A stretch of 64,000 bases of DNA from Salpingoeca rosetta. Lineage: Eukaryota > Protista > Choanoflagellata. Position 1 is the stretch's first letter. Every line of letters starts with the position of its first letter. This document shows, one piece after another, positions 22,791-44,072 of the stretch. The translations under genes and the position numbers were made by a program. Under the pieces are notes generated by a model that did not search any database, had not been told where the DNA came from, and saw only the letters and a program-made list of their open reading frames with translations. The stretch spans positions 1,486,699-1,550,698 of the forward strand of contig JAWQFM010000003.1 in the NCBI GenBank assembly GCA_033442325.1, given 5' to 3'.

Positions 22791-23930
22791 TCAGAGGATC
22801 TTGAAGACGGACTTGAGGCGTGCCATGAGGCGCCAGTCCTCCTTGGAGAGGTCCTCCCTGAAGTAGTTCTTCACGGCGTCAATTGAGTCGCGGCTGATGC
22901 GGCTCACAAGCTCGTCCTCAACGTCAAAGTGGCGGCCAACCATCTTCTTCTCCCCGCTCACGGGCTCAATCTTGATGCTCACCTCCTGGCCCTTCTTGGC
23001 AAGGTCCACCTCCTTGTGCTCAAACTGCATCGAGGAGACGACGCCAATGTCAACCGAGTCCTTGGACGGCACGCACAGCGGGGTGCCCGTGCGCAGCAGG
23101 CCCTCCTCCACGCGCACGCCAACCACAATTGGGTCGCGCGCGTTGAACACGCAGTCGGGGACAATCTGCAGGCGGCAGGGGAACACGGCAATGTTGCGAT
23201 ACCGCTCGCGCAGTTGCTGCTTCACCTCCTCCATGTGCTTTCGGAACGATTCCTCCAGGTGGTAGATGATGTCCGCCTCGAAGATGCGAATGCCCTCCCG
23301 CGCCGCGTACCGCTTGGCGTCTGCGTCCACGGGCACGTCAAAGGCGAGGATGCAGGCGTACTTTGGATCGCGCTGCAGCTGGATGGTGCACCGCGTCACG
23401 TCGCGCCTGTGCACGGGCCCAATGTTCACTGCAGACACGGGGATCTTCTCCGTGCGCAAAAACTCCAGCAGTGCCTCGAGCGAGCCGAGCGTCGACGCCT
23501 GCACGCACACGCCCTTCTCCACCGTCTTGATGGCGTTGAGCGTGTCCTCCAGCAGGCGCTCTGCCTCCTCCTTGTACACCTCTTCCTCCTCGGGCGTGTG
23601 CGCCACATACAGCGGCAGGCCCGCCACGGCCTTCTCCAGGTTCTTGCCCGCAATCTTCACACCCTGCGCAGCGCGCACCTCCTTGTGCAGCACATATGCG
23701 TTCTTCACGCGGAGTTCCTTGAGCGGCGCCGGCATGAGCAGCGAGCGCGCCGTGGTGACGATGGGGCCCTCCAGCCCGCCCAGCACAATGGTGTCGCCCT
23801 CGCGAAGCGTGCCGTTGGTCAGGATCACGTCAATCGTCGTGCCGTAACCCTGCACCTCCTTCACCTCAAGCACCGTGCACTCAAGCTCCTCGCTGTACGC
23901 TGTTTGGGGGGGGGGGGTCGGCACGCATGT

Positions 23931-24029
<99 letters not shown>

Positions 24030-27000
24030 CGTGTGAGCGGATGATGTTGTGAAACGACTGAAACGGACACTTCAAGCAGTGCTGCATTCATACACACACA
24101 CACACACACGCACACGCACAAGCGTACACACACGCATACACAACAAACAGACGCGCACGCGTACCAAGGGCCTTTGCAAGCATCTTCTGGGTGAGGCTGA
24201 CGAGGAGGAAGAGGAGGTCGGGTACGCCCTCGCCCGTGTGTGCAGAGGTGGGCACAATGTTGACATACTCGCGGATGTTCTTGTTCTTCCAGTAGAGCTC
24301 CGTGTTGATGCCGCGCTCCGCAAACTGCAGCTTGATGTGGTCCAGGCGCGTCTCAAAGTCCTGGATGGCCGGCTGCTTCTGCTTCTTCAGGGCAAGCTGG
24401 ATGGGCGTGTTTGGCGTGCGGATCCACCCGTTGAGGCGGTCAACCTTGTTCAGCGCAATGACAAACGGCGCCTTGCGCTTGCGCAGCATCTCCAGGGACT
24501 CGGCCGTCTGCGGCTCAATGCCGTGCATAATGTCGACGACAAGCACAGCCATGTTGCACAGCGACGACCCACGCGAGCGCAGGTTGCTGAACGACTCGTG
24601 CCCGGGCGTGTCAATCACAAGCAAGCCCGGCACCTTAATCTCAAACTTGCTGCCCTTCTTCACCTTTGCCGTCTGCCGCTCAATCTCGTCTGTGGGGATG
24701 TACGTCGCGCCAATCTGCTGCGTGATGCCGCCGGCCTCACCGTCCTGCACGTGGCTGCGACGAATCTTGTCAAGCAGCTTTGTCTTGCCCGTGTCGACGT
24801 GCCCCAGCACAGCGCAGATGGGCGACCGCAGCTTGTCTGTCGTCCGCTTGGCCTCGTTCTCCTGGCGCCGCCGCTCAATCTCCAGGCGCGCCGCCTCAAC
24901 GCGCTCCTCATGCAGCTCCTCCTGCGTCTTGTGCTGTCGCTCAACGCGGCTCTCGGCGCTGCGTGTGTACGTCTCCACGGCGGCTTCGTCGCCCTCTTCC
25001 TCGTCATCATCATCGTCACCGTCACCATCACCACCGGCTGCTGCTGCTGCTGCTGTTGGTTTTGCGGTGGCGGCGGTGGCGGTGGCACCGTCCTGGCCCT
25101 CGTCCTCTGCCTGATCATCGCCATCATCACCGTCGCCGCCCAGACCAAGGTCAGCAGCGTCCAGCAGCTGCAGGAGGAGATGAGGGGGCGAGGTTGCAAT
25201 TTGGAACGTAGGTTTGGGGGGGGGGGGGGAGAAGGTTATGCGCAGGGGAGAGGCCCACGTGAGGTGGTGGCGGCATGGCAGAATTGGATTGCACAGCAAG
25301 ATGTATGCGGGGGGGGGGGGAAGCAGTTGCACAAGAAACAAAAGCGCCGCGGGCAGCGAACAATGCAAGCCATTCACGACAAACGACAGCCATGTGCACA
25401 TCAAACAACAAGCACGCGTGCGTGAGCCAAGCCAGCAGAGCAAGCAAGCGTACGTCTTCCCAGTTGTCGACTTCCTGGTCCTCTTCCTCCTCCATCTTCT
25501 TCTTTGCCTCTTCCTCTTCCTTTGCCTTTGCCTTTGCTGCCTCCTCGGCCGCCTTGGCTGCCTCCAGCTCCTTCTGCTTCTGCCGTTTCTTCTGGTTCTG
25601 CTTGTTGTTCGGGCGGTGCTGGCCTGTGGTGTTGTTGTTGCAGAAAGGGAGGGAGACGCACAGTCATGCGTGAGCGAGTGGTTCGCGTTTGGGGAGGGGG
25701 GGTTTGGGGGTTGGTGAAGGAGGAATGCGTGCACAGGTGAAACAATGAGCAGCGAAAGGAAGGCGCAGGCGCAGATGGGATTACGTACTTGGTGGGCCAG
25801 TGACGTCTGTTGATTCACGTACGCAACATAAGGAAGTGGCGGTGCATGTGAGTTGAGCAAACAAAGTTTCACACAAATGCATCGTCGCTGCACTCACACA
25901 GACCCACACGTGTTCAAAAAAAAAAAAAAAAAAAGAACACGAAGGCGCCACACACACACACACACACACCACACACCACATACGCACCTCCGCCGAACAT
26001 CTGGGCGAGTTTCTGGCGGGCGAGCTCTTGCTTCTCCTCCTCGGTCTTCTCCTTCTCCCGCTTCTTTGCCTCGGCCTTGCGGCGCTGCTTGCGGAGGCGT
26101 TCGCGCTCGCGCTTCTTCTCGCGTCGTTCCTCTTCGCGGCGGGCCTCCTCCTCCGCCTTCTTCCGCTCTTCCTCCTCCTTGCGCTGCCGCTCTTCCTCTT
26201 CCTCCTTGCGCTTGCGCTCCTTGGCCTCAAACGCTTCCCGCTCCGCCTGCAGACATGCACTCGCAAGTGTTAGGAGGGGGAGGGGGGTACGCGTGCAACC
26301 ACGCAGTGCGCACATGCAAACCGCCACTTCCACACAACAACAGAAAGGTACAAAAACGCACGACACACAACCACAAACAAACACACGCGCACAAAATACA
26401 AATGACGAGACACAAACACACACACACACACACAGACACCAACAAACAAACAACACGAACGTGACCGACCTTGAGGGCCTGGGCGAGCTTGCTCATCTTC
26501 TTCTTCTTCTTTTCCTTCTTGGATTCGCCTTGCTGGCCCTCGGCACCCTCCTTCTTGCCCTCACCTTCTGCGCCAGCAGCCTCTTCTGTTTCCTTCTCCT
26601 TCTCCTTTCCCTCCTGTTCCTGTTCTTCCTCCTCCTGCTGTTCCTTCTCCTCCTGCTCCTTCTTCCTGAGCGCTTCTTCCTCTGCCTTGCGCGCTGCCTC
26701 GGCCTCGGCCTCAGCCTCCATCTCATCTTCGAGCTCGAGCGCAAACGCATCGAGGTCGACCGCGTCCTGCTGCTTCTTGCCCTTCTTCTTCTTGCCCTTC
26801 TTCTTCTGCTGCTTCGACGGCAGCGTCACCTCCTCCTTCTCTTCCTCCACTTCAGCCTTGGCGTTGTTCTTCTTGTTCTTCTTGTTCTTCTTCTTCTGCT
26901 GCTGCTGCTTTGGCGGCTGCTCGGCCACGCCCTCCTCGTCCTCGTCCTCATCCGACAGCATGAACATGTCCTGCGGCACCTGCTGCTGCTGCTTCTTGCC

Positions 27001-27813
27001 CTTCTTATTCTGCGAGGGAGACAAGCGCATGGTGAACGGTGGTGGCATGGAAATGGGTCGCGATGCGTGCATGCATGCAGGAGCATGTTCACGTGCATAC
27101 AAATACCACAGAGGTAGTTGTGTGTGTGTGCGTGTGTGTGAAGAACCTAACAGGTTACAAGCATGCAATGACAAGAATACCTTCTTCTTCTGCTGTTGCT
27201 GTTGCTTCTTCTTCTGTTGGGCCTGCAGGGCCTCGAGTTCAGACTCGCTCATGTCGAGCTCGTCCTCGTCAGATGCAAGGTCGGCCTTGGCCTCGGCATT
27301 CAGCGCCTCCATCTCGGCCATCCTGCACCGAGCGAGCGAGCAAAACAAGCCAACAAACAAGCGAGCGGGAAACAAAAAGTACAATGAGGATCATGGGATG
27401 GGGCGAGTCGCGGGTTAAGGGAGTCATGTGGCAGAGTGACGCAAAAGGACACGCAAACAAGCGCATGGCATGACGAGCACGACGAAGGCAATGTTGATAG
27501 ACAAAGCATTGAGCAATTCATGAAGGTGTAGCAGAAGGCATGAAGAGGTTTCAGGGGGTGGGTGGTGTTATCAGGGAGAGGGATGAAGATGGTCAAAAAA
27601 GGAAAGGGTGGGTGGAAAGGGAAATGGCATGGGAAGCGTGGCAGAAGAGAAGTAGGAGGAGAGGAGAGGGGAGCACAAAGATGAAGAGGGTGCATGGGAA
27701 AAATGAACGGGTGATGGGTGTGTGTGTGTGTGTGTGTGAGGGAGAGTTTGTGTGCGAGTGTGTTGAACGAACCAGTCATCGTCGTCGTTGCGACGTCCCT
27801 TCTTCTTTCCCAT
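22791..27813 (-). CDS. EIF5B: Eukaryotic translation initiation factor 5B (multi-exon)
   Basis: MGKKKG start and a charged N-terminus. G-domain motifs [43 protein letters not shown] and NKVD; C-terminal [12 protein letters not shown] and [12 protein letters not shown]. Confidence 0.98.
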
Positions 27814-27972
27814 GGTGCTGGTTGCGGGTTATGCTGGGAATCGGTGTGGTTACGCGCTGTGGACGAGGAAGTAAACAAGGTGTGTGTGTGTGTGTGTTGG
27901 AATTATTAGGTCACGGCCGTGTTGTGGTAAAACCAACTCCAGATGTGGCATAGCTTGTCAGCGGTGACACAA

Positions 27973-28007
<35 letters not shown>

Positions 28008-28381
28008 TGTGTGTGTGCGCGCGCGAGACAACTGCTCTTGGCTGGTAAGTTTGGACGCTTGCTTGCTTGATGTGGAAAATGCCAAGGTGTCAGCCCTCGC
28101 CCAGCCTGTGCATGTTATGGGCTTTTGTGTTGTGTTACACCGAGCCACCGGTGCTGTGCAACGCAAGCAGTGCACCACCAACACTTACGCAGTGGAGTGC
28201 TCGAACAACACAAGACGATGGTGGCGACGACACACTGCGTAAGCGCAAGCGAGAGAGCAAAAGCAAAAAAAGGGCGCAGACAGCAGCAACACGTGAGAGA
28301 GAGAGAGAGAGCAGAGAGGAAAGAGAGAGCGAGATGTTGAATGCATTTTGTGGTGTCGGTTGGAGATCAAAATCCCTCAAA

Positions 28382-28770
28382 ATGTCAACCTCCGAGAAGA
28401 GCGAGGTGTTGGCGAGCGACAACCTGCCAGACCAGGTAGGTGTGCGTGCAGTGTTTTGGTCGGTGTGTTGCTGTGTGAGCTGTGCATACTCTGTGCACAC
28501 TGTTTGCATAGCGTGTGTGCACTCGCGATTGCGTGGGATAGTCTTGTTGTCCAAATTGAATGTGTGTCACACTCACCACAATCAGTAATCACTGAACGCA
28601 CTGACCTTTGCAAATCCACATCAACAACAACATCACAACAAATACAAACATGGCCAGGTGTTTGCAGACCTGGTTGAGGTTGTTGTGGAGATCCTCACAT
28701 CTACGTCCACGGTACGAGCGTGTGCGTGTGCGTGTGTGTGCGTGTGTGCGTGTGTGTGTGTGTGCGTGTG

Positions 28771-28859
<89 letters not shown>

Positions 28860-29292
28860 CTGCGTCTTGTTGGACGAGGCGTGGTTCCAGTCGCTGTGCA
28901 AAAGCTCTGCTAAAAACCCTTGCTCCTAGCCAAGGTGCTCCACATACCGTCACAATTGCAAACCCACATGTTTGCACACGCACGCACGCACGCTCGCTCG
29001 CACGCACGCACGCACCACTCTCCTCTCTTCTCTTCATAGACGGACGAGCTGGTGACCAAGGTCAAGGAGTTTGCACAATCGCATGAGGATGCAAGTGCAC
29101 GTGTCATAAACGCCTCGTTTCGGGGCTGGCTCACATTCTTCCGAAACGCCCAACGCACAGGCATGAGCGTCAAGGCCATCTTCGAAGAGCTCATGCGCAT
29201 CGGTCAGTTGGCCCCTGTGTGCGTGTGTGCGTGTGTATGTGTGTGTGTGCGTGTGTGTATGTGTGTGTGTGCGTGTGTGCGTGTGTGTGCGC

Positions 29293-29324
<32 letters not shown>

Positions 29325-30312
29325 GTGACATTGCGAGTGGGGAACGTTCACGAGGTGTGGCACGCAGCTGCAAAGGGTTCTCCGTTTCACCTTGTCGGCC
29401 TGTGTTGTCTCAGCTTGTTGCCGCCGCGCACTTGTCGTTTTTTTGCCATGTCCCAAACGCTACTTGGTGCCTGGAACGATGCCTCCTCTCATCGCTTTTC
29501 CTCACGCAAGCTGATGATCCTTACTTTGCAACATGTTCACCACGCCAGGGTTCTCAAAGGGCAAGGCGCAATACGTGGCGAAGAAATTCAAGGCTAACGA
29601 ACAGGCGCTCACACGCACGCTCATCGGAAACACATTTGCCATCAACGAGATTGTAGACATGCAATGGAAGTTTGGAGGTGAGCTCGTTTGTACGTGGCGC
29701 GCGCGCGCGTGTGTGTTAATGTGTGTGTGTGTATGTGTGTGTATGTGTGTGTGTGCATATGTGTGTGTGCGAAACATGTCGGAAGCCGGCAGCGATGTAG
29801 TAGTCAGCTCCCTCTCTTTTCTCCTCTCCCCCTCTCCTGTGCCTTCTTGACCAACACCCCTCCCGTCTCACTGCTTCTGCTGTTGCAACCAACCAACCTT
29901 ATCACTCTTGCATTGCAGTGACTGCGGGGAGCAGCGAGTTCAAGCAGACGGGCGACTCGTTCCTGCAGCTCAAACTCATTCTCCAGCGCGGCACCACCCG
30001 CGAAGAAGCATACATGGGTCAGAACCTTGCACTTGCGCTGTGCTCTGTGTGTGCGCGTGTGTGTGTGTGTGCGTGTGCGTGTGTGTGTCTGTGTGTGTCT
30101 GTGTGTGTCTGTGTGTGTCTGTGCGTGTCTGTGTGTCTGTGCGTGTGTCTATGTGCTGGGCTGCATCGTATCACAATGCTCACAACAGTGCACATACCCA
30201 CAACGTTGCGTGATCGCGTTGTGCGTGCACAACAGAGCTGTCACTGCCGCAGTTCTACGCGTTCTTGAAGGAGATGGAGACAGCAAAATCCTGCCTGGAG
30301 TCTCTCTCATAG
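28382..30312 (+). CDS. COMMD7: COMM domain-containing protein 7 (6 exons)
   Basis: Spliced product includes [10 protein letters not shown]|VTAGSSE...FLQLKLIL...YM|[22 protein letters not shown], the COMMD7-type COMM domain. Confidence 0.93.
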
Positions 30313-30797
30313 GGGCAGTGCATGTGTGTGTGTGTGTATGTGTGTGTGTGTTCATCGTTTTGGATTATGATGTACCTTTCTCTGTCGGATGTGTTAGAAG
30401 GGCCGTCACAGTGTTACATTCAACGGTTCCTCAGCCATTGTAGTCGCTCCTTCGTAGGTCGAGAGAGTGTGTGCAGTTGTTCTTGGCATTGTGGTTTCGC
30501 TTCTCCCCTGGGTTTTCTCTTCCACTATGATTGTGTTTGTTTACACGTTTCGCTATATCCAAGACACACCATCAGCTATGCACGGAAAGCAGCAGCAGGG
30601 AAACAGAATCAGCGGTCACATCAGGGACGATGAGGGTGACAGGTATGAACAGCAGGCAGACAGACGAAGTGATAAAAAACCCAGCAGAGGGGAAGAAGAG
30701 GAAGAGGAAAAGTGCGAGTGGAACGCAGACGTGGGCGCACAGATGTATCGACAACAGATTTGGGGGGGGGGGGCTCGCACGCGCGTTCACAAAACGC

Positions 30798-30860
<63 letters not shown>

Positions 30861-30881
30861 GATCTTGTGTCCAGCCGCCCC

Positions 30882-31469
30882 TCAGCCAAACTTTGAGAGG
30901 CGTTTCCTGGCCTGAGCGACGTTCTCGCTCAAGTCCGCACAGAAGATGTGGCCGGCGGCGTTGCAGGCGATGATCCAGTCCTTGTACCTCTCGTTCATCG
31001 AACAGTCAATCTGGGATACCGCGCAGAGGGCATGGGGTAGGGGGGATTGAAGGGCGTGAAGGATTGGCGGAAGAACAGAGGGGAGTTGTGACTACGCATC
31101 TTATTCCAGCACACACACACACACACACATACACACACATACACGCACGCACAGACAGGCACAGGCAGACACAACTAATGTGTACGTACAGCGGTGATGG
31201 ACTGGAGCGGGGTCGGGAACATGAGTCGCTTGACGTCGTCATGGTAACCGAGCGCCTCAACCCGCGGCATCGTGTACCGTTCGTGCATGTCACAGTGCAC
31301 AACCAACTTGCACTGCTCGCGAGCAGCGTTGCGGTTGGCAGGCGTGGCAGCGCTGTCATTACGCAACACGCGCGCAGTCACCACGGCGTTGTCCGCAAAG
31401 TGCAGCTGCTGCGGCTTTGGTAACGGCTGTGCACGTTGGTTGTTGTGTTGTGCGTTGGTTGTTGTGTTG

Positions 31470-31542
<73 letters not shown>

Positions 31543-32512
31543 AAGCGAGTTTGTGTGAGTAAATAAAAGCAAAGCATGGTTCGCAAAGGGAAGTTCACAA
31601 CAAACACACGCGCACACACGCACAAATACACAACATGAGCAATCCCCCTAACAGTACGTCACGTCATAGAATTTGCGGTGTCAGCAATAGCAGTACCTCT
31701 GTTCCGTCTGTGAGCACGGAAATGTTGAGCCAGCCCTCGCTGCCACCATAGCAGATGATGTTGTGCCACGAGTTGCATCCCAGCGCGAAGATGGTCCCTG
31801 GCACGCGGGCGGCCGGAGGCGCGGGAGGGGTGTTGCGCGGGTCGGCGTTGATCACGCGAATGAGCTCATCATCGCCGGCAACACAGGGCCCGTCGCGGTG
31901 GTGCGGCCACGACAGCCCGTACTTCCACCACCAGAACGGCTGTGGAGATATGCGCACCTCCACCGTCGGCGTCACGCTGATGGTCGTCATGCTCTCTCCG
32001 CTGCTCGTGGTTGCGGTGTGCACGGCAACCTTCCAAAGCTGTCGTATGCATTCAGGCACGAGGGAGGGAGAGATGGGAGGAGAGGTATGGCAGGAGTGCA
32101 GGACAATTGGAATGAGCATCGCAAAGCGATGGGAGGGGAAGAAGACGCCCTTGCCAAGCCCTGAAAGGAGTGAACGCACACATATACGCACACACACGCA
32201 CACACGCACACATGCACACGCACACACACACACGCACGCACACACTCCAGGGCAGACACAGCCTCGGCGGCAAGCCGACCCAAGGAGCACACACAGTGCG
32301 CACCTTGACGTCTCTGGTGTGGCCTGTGGTGGCCAGAACGGGCTCACGGCTCGGCTTCCACTTGACCACGGTGATGGGTTTGTTGTACCCATTTGCCGCA
32401 TCAAACAAACACGCTGCCGGTACCACCCTGGACAGCGACAAGGGAATGGGCAAGAGGAGGTACCAAAGTCAGAAAAGAAGTGTGTGTTGTGGGTTGCTTG
32501 TGTGTGTATGGT

Positions 32513-32605
<93 letters not shown>

Positions 32606-32857
32606 TGTGTGTGTGTTTGCTAGTGGAAATGGGTTACCAGTCAACGGATAACGGAACCTCCTCGAGCGTCTCCAAGTAGCCAACGATTGGCAAGTCAATC
32701 ACAGCGCCGGCAGCCTGAAAAGGCATGAGGTGATAGACAAGAGCGCCGTGTTCAAGACGAGTAAGGGGCGTGCACACAAACACAGACAGACGCAGACAGA
32801 CGCAGACAGACACAGACACAGACAGATACACAGACGCACACACAGACACAAACACAG

Positions 32858-32889
<32 letters not shown>

Positions 32890-33122
32890 GGCCGCGATAC
32901 GAGCAGCTGCTGACCAGTGTGCGCGCATGTGGCGGTGCAACGAGGGCAAGCGTGCCAGAGGAAAATCCCATCGCCATCAGCCCGAGCGACGCAGGTGCGT
33001 TGCGGCCGTGAAACCGCCACGTCATGCACATCAGCCGACCGTGGCCACACCGACACGTGTATGCGTGGTGAAGGTTTGGTATCGCATCATCAGCGCCGCC
33101 GTCGCTGCTGCTGCTTCTGCCG

Positions 33123-33177
<55 letters not shown>

Positions 33178-34497
33178 GATTGTCATTGCTCGCACTTGTC
33201 GCTTTCCGAGTCGCTGATGATGACGATGAGGGCGCCGATGCCGAGGCATCTTGAGCAGGCTGTGTCTGATGCTGCTGCTGTTGTTGTTGTTGCGCATCAT
33301 CGCTTGCTGTCGCGAGCGTCCACATCTGCATACAGTCGCCCCGTCCTTGCGCGGGGAGCACGCCGCTCAGCCGGTGCTCTGTTGTCCGCGTCGGCTCGGG
33401 CGAAGACACGCCGATTGCTACATGCAGCGGCGACACTGCAGGGGAGGCGGGAAGCAGTAGAGTGAGTGGTGTGTGAGAGAGAGGGAGAGAGAGTGCGCGA
33501 GTGAATGAGAGGGAGAGGATGTGTCCATTGCACATGCGCGGAATGAAGTGGCCGAGAAACAGGCAACGCAACAACAGGAAACATACGCGCCAGTCATGCA
33601 AGTGTGCACAGGAAGTCTGGGTGACGTACCGGGGTAGGGGCAGGTGGCGCAGGCAACGACACGCTTGCCCGTGAAGCCAACGCACAGCTATCATTCATAG
33701 GACAGCAGGCAAGAGACAGGCGTTAGCAAACACATATACACACACGCACACAATCGTGAATGGCACAGGACGAGGGCGAGGATGGCATGTGGAGGAGCGT
33801 GCAGCAGATGGGTCAGTGCGGTACAGAGGACTGATGATGCGAGTAGGCAACCTTGTTGACGGATGGAAAGGACTTTGATGCGAGCGGTGGGATGATGTGT
33901 GTTTCATCACCCAGCTGCAATGGAAGTGGTGACTGCAACATGCGTGCGGCTGATGGTCCTACCGCTGCTGCACGTGCGTTCGTGGATGTGGACGTGGGTG
34001 TGGATGTGGACGTGGGTGCGGGTGCTGTTGCTGTTGTTGAGGGGCCTGCAGCGGGTGCAGTAGCTGCTGTGGACGGTGCGCTCCTGATTGTCTCGCCAGC
34101 ACCATCACCAGCACCAGCACCAGCACCAGCACCATCACCAGCATTGCCCGAGATGGTGGTGATGGTGGCGGCCCCCTCCCAGGCCATCATATCTGCACCC
34201 AAGTCGCGCAGCTGCTGCAGGAGGCGGCGGAACGATGATGGGTCAGAGTGTGGACTGAAGTTCCCAATCTTCTTCGTCAGGCCGCGTGGGAAGCTGGGCC
34301 GGTTGCGCTGCTTCTTACGCTGTGGTTTCGCCTTTGCTGCCCCGTCTGCCTTGGGAGTGCTCTCGTCTGCTTTGCTGCTGGCGGCGGCAGTGCTTGGATC
34401 AAAGTCTTCGTCCTTGTCGTCGTCCCCCGTCTCCCCGCTTGCCGCTTCTACATGCATGCGCGGGTGGGTGTGTATGAGAGTGTGTATGAGGGGTGCA

Positions 34498-34560
<63 letters not shown>

Positions 34561-34924
34561 CCGTGCAATTATGTGTGTGTGTGTGCGCCCGTGCAATTGT
34601 ACGTGTGTGCGCGCGCGCGATTCAGAGAAACAGAACGAAGAGACGGCCACGAAGCACAAGCTTGGTTGAACAAACTCAGTCGTGACGTACGTGCATAGTT
34701 CACTTTCTTGTGCCGCGGTCTGAGACGGGACTGGACAGCGCGATCAGTGGTGGATTTGCTCGGAGTCGCACTGCCGTCTTGCTGCGCTGCTGCCTTCTTG
34801 CCGTTCTTCCGTTCCTTCCGTCGCTGATGAACAGAGGGAGAGGAAGTGTGAGTGCGGGAGGGGAGGGAAAAGGCGTGTATGTAAGCGTTACTGTGCACCG
34901 TGTGCGTGTGTGTGCGTGTGTGTG

Positions 34925-34965
<41 letters not shown>

Positions 34966-35794
34966 GTGTATGTGTGTGCGTGTGTGTGTTGTCTATGTTG
35001 TAACGCAAGCGAGGAATCAGCCATCGTTGGTGTTGCAGACGTACCTGGCACACTTTGTTGTTGAGATGGTACTTGAGGCCGAGCGCTTGTGTGAATGTCT
35101 TCTTGCAGTGGGGGCAGGAGAATTCAGCTTTCAGCTTGGCCCCGTGAACTTCCCTCATGTGAGCTTGCCACAAGCTGTCAGTTTGAGAGTGTTGCGGCGA
35201 GGCAGCGCAGAGGAAAGTGAGCAAAGGGAAAGGCAGGAGGTTGTGTGCGTGTGCGTGCGTGTGTGTGTGTTGGAGGGGGGGGGTACGAGAAGTGTGGGTC
35301 CGAGAAGCGTGGAATCAGTGGAAGCGGTGGAAGCGGTGGAATCGGGATCACGGGAGACTGGAAGATTACAACGCCGAGCACACACATATCCTTCACGCTG
35401 ACCTTGTGTACTTGAAAGACAACTTGCACTTGCCGCATAGCTTTGGTTTCTTCAAGGGGCGACCTCGTCGCTCAGCCTGAAGCGATGAGATCGCGTGCGA
35501 TGCATGCGTGGTAGCGTGTGCAAGTGCATGTGCGTCAAAGAGTGAATGAACCAGGGGTGGGGTGTGTTGCGTTGTGTATTCCAAGTGACGGCCATGAGAT
35601 CGGGACAAGTAACTCACAGCCAGCTGCAACAGCTATCATCAGCGAATGTGCACCAACGAATACGCACACACAAACACACATAAACACACACACAAACACA
35701 AACACACACACATCACACAGACCTTTGCCTTCTTGGCTGGCGGTGCGCCCGAGGAAGCAGCAGTAGCAGTCGTGTCCCCGTTGCTGTCTGCCAT
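30882..35794 (-). CDS. TFIIIC subunit 2 (GTF3C2/Tfc6)-like WD40 protein with N-terminal zinc fingers
   Basis: ATG at 35794. It carries RRGRP (AT-hook-like), C2H2/C2HC fingers, and WD-like segments GHGRLMCMTW...SLGLMAMGFSSGTLAL, ITVVKWKP and a final MNERYKDWIIACNAAGHIF that resemble GTF3C2. Confidence 0.7.
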
Positions 35795-35983
35795 CTTGTC
35801 ACGTCCTTGACCTCAACCAACTGCCTTCCCTTCCTTCCTCGCTTGCTGAGCTGCCTGCTTTTTTTTTTTTTCGCGTGTCTTGAACTTGCGATATCCAACA
35901 ACGGGCGGCCAAATGCGACAATTGATGAAGATCATTCACAATCGTCAACACACAGGCCAACAAAGCCAAGCAAGACAACAAGG

Positions 35984-36609
35984 ATGTTTGGTGTGCTGCG
36001 GAGCGTGAGGCGTGCGCACAGCGCCGCCAACGGCTGGCTCTTTGCTGAGAAGGTCAGCTGGGTGTGAAGGGTGCATGTTTGCGTGATGTGTACTTGTGTT
36101 TCTGTTGGTTTATTGTGTGTGTGTGTTTGTGTTTGTGTGGTGTGTGTGTGTGTGTGTGTGGTGTGTGTGGGTGCACTTGTGTGTACTTGTGTGTGTGTGT
36201 GTGGTGTGTGTACGAGAGTGCGCATCTGCATGTGTACATGTTTGCGAGTGTTTCCTTTGTTGTGAACACTCGTACAGCACTGCGTTTGTCCACTTCTTCG
36301 CTACCACTCACTCACGCCCTGCACTTCTCATGTGCGTTCACCTTGCGTGCCTGCCTCTGCACAAACAGCCTCGCATGGCTGGTCAGGCACGACAGAAGGA
36401 GGCGTGGGAGCTTCCCTTCCACCTGTTTATCAGCGGTGGCTTTGCTGTCGCCACCTACTTGCATCTCCAGCGCCCCAACACCAGGTGTGTGTATGTGTAT
36501 GGGTGCGTGGGGATGTGTGTTGCGCACTGACAGCAAACATCCCTGAAAACAACGCCAACTCTGTTTGTGCGCGCCGTCGATTACACTTGCGAATGTCGTA
36601 CACACACAG

Positions 36610-36660
<51 letters not shown>

Positions 36661-36788
36661 CACTCGAAGCGCAAAGTCATCCTCAACTCTCCTAACCGCT
36701 TTCATGTGGATTGTATTGATGATACCTCGCCCTCAGGACGCAAGCAACATACAGCAAGATTGCACAGGAGGAATTGGCAGCGGAGTGA
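35984..36788 (+). CDS. NDUFB11: Complex I accessory subunit ESSS/NDUFB11 (3 small exons)
   Basis: MFGVLRSVRRAHSAANGWLFAEK|PRMAGQARQKEAWELPFHLFISGGFAVATYLHLQRPNT|RTQATYSKIAQEELAAE*. This gives a presequence, the GWLF..P..G..R..E.WE motif and one TM helix, as in fungal ESSS. The ORF track does not show it intact. Confidence 0.8.
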
Positions 36789-36989
36789 GGTGTCTGAATG
36801 CAGACAGACGAAGGCCTGTTCCAGTGGTCCAAAAGTCACAAATATTGACAAGCAAGGGGTATGAAGATGGCGGGTGTTGCAATGCGTGCGCGCGTGTTTG
36901 TGTGCGGGTTTTGCGTGTGGTGGTGGTGATTGGGGCTGCAGCAGGTGCATGGAGTGGGTCTTGTCTTGAAATGTGCTGTGTCTTTGGCG

Positions 36990-43717
<6,728 letters not shown>

Positions 43718-44072
43718 CCTCCCAGAAAGAAGCGCTCGCTTGCTTGTTGAGGAGGAACCAACAAGAACAAGAAAAAAAAAAAAAGAAGAAGAAAAAGAAA
43801 AAGAACAGAGGGCGGTCTGTCCCCACACAGGGAAGACAGTACAGTACAGCACCGGAGGGGCAGGGGTGGAGGGACAGGTCAGGCGCCGAAAAGAAAGAAA
43901 GAAGTGTGCGATGTGGTCTGAGCGAGGAAGCGAGTGGTGTGAGCGAGTGGGGTGTGCTGCTCAACACACACAGCAGTCACAGTTGCTGGCTGGTCCTCTT
44001 GCCAACAGCACCAACAAAAGAGACGGGAAAAAAATCAACTTCGGGGCATCGAAGCGTCGTCATCGCTCTTCG

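Noticed and set aside
35386-35393. ATATCCTT, a U12-type donor consensus
   Set aside because: It is on the + strand inside an intron of a minus-strand gene, with no matching exon or branch site.
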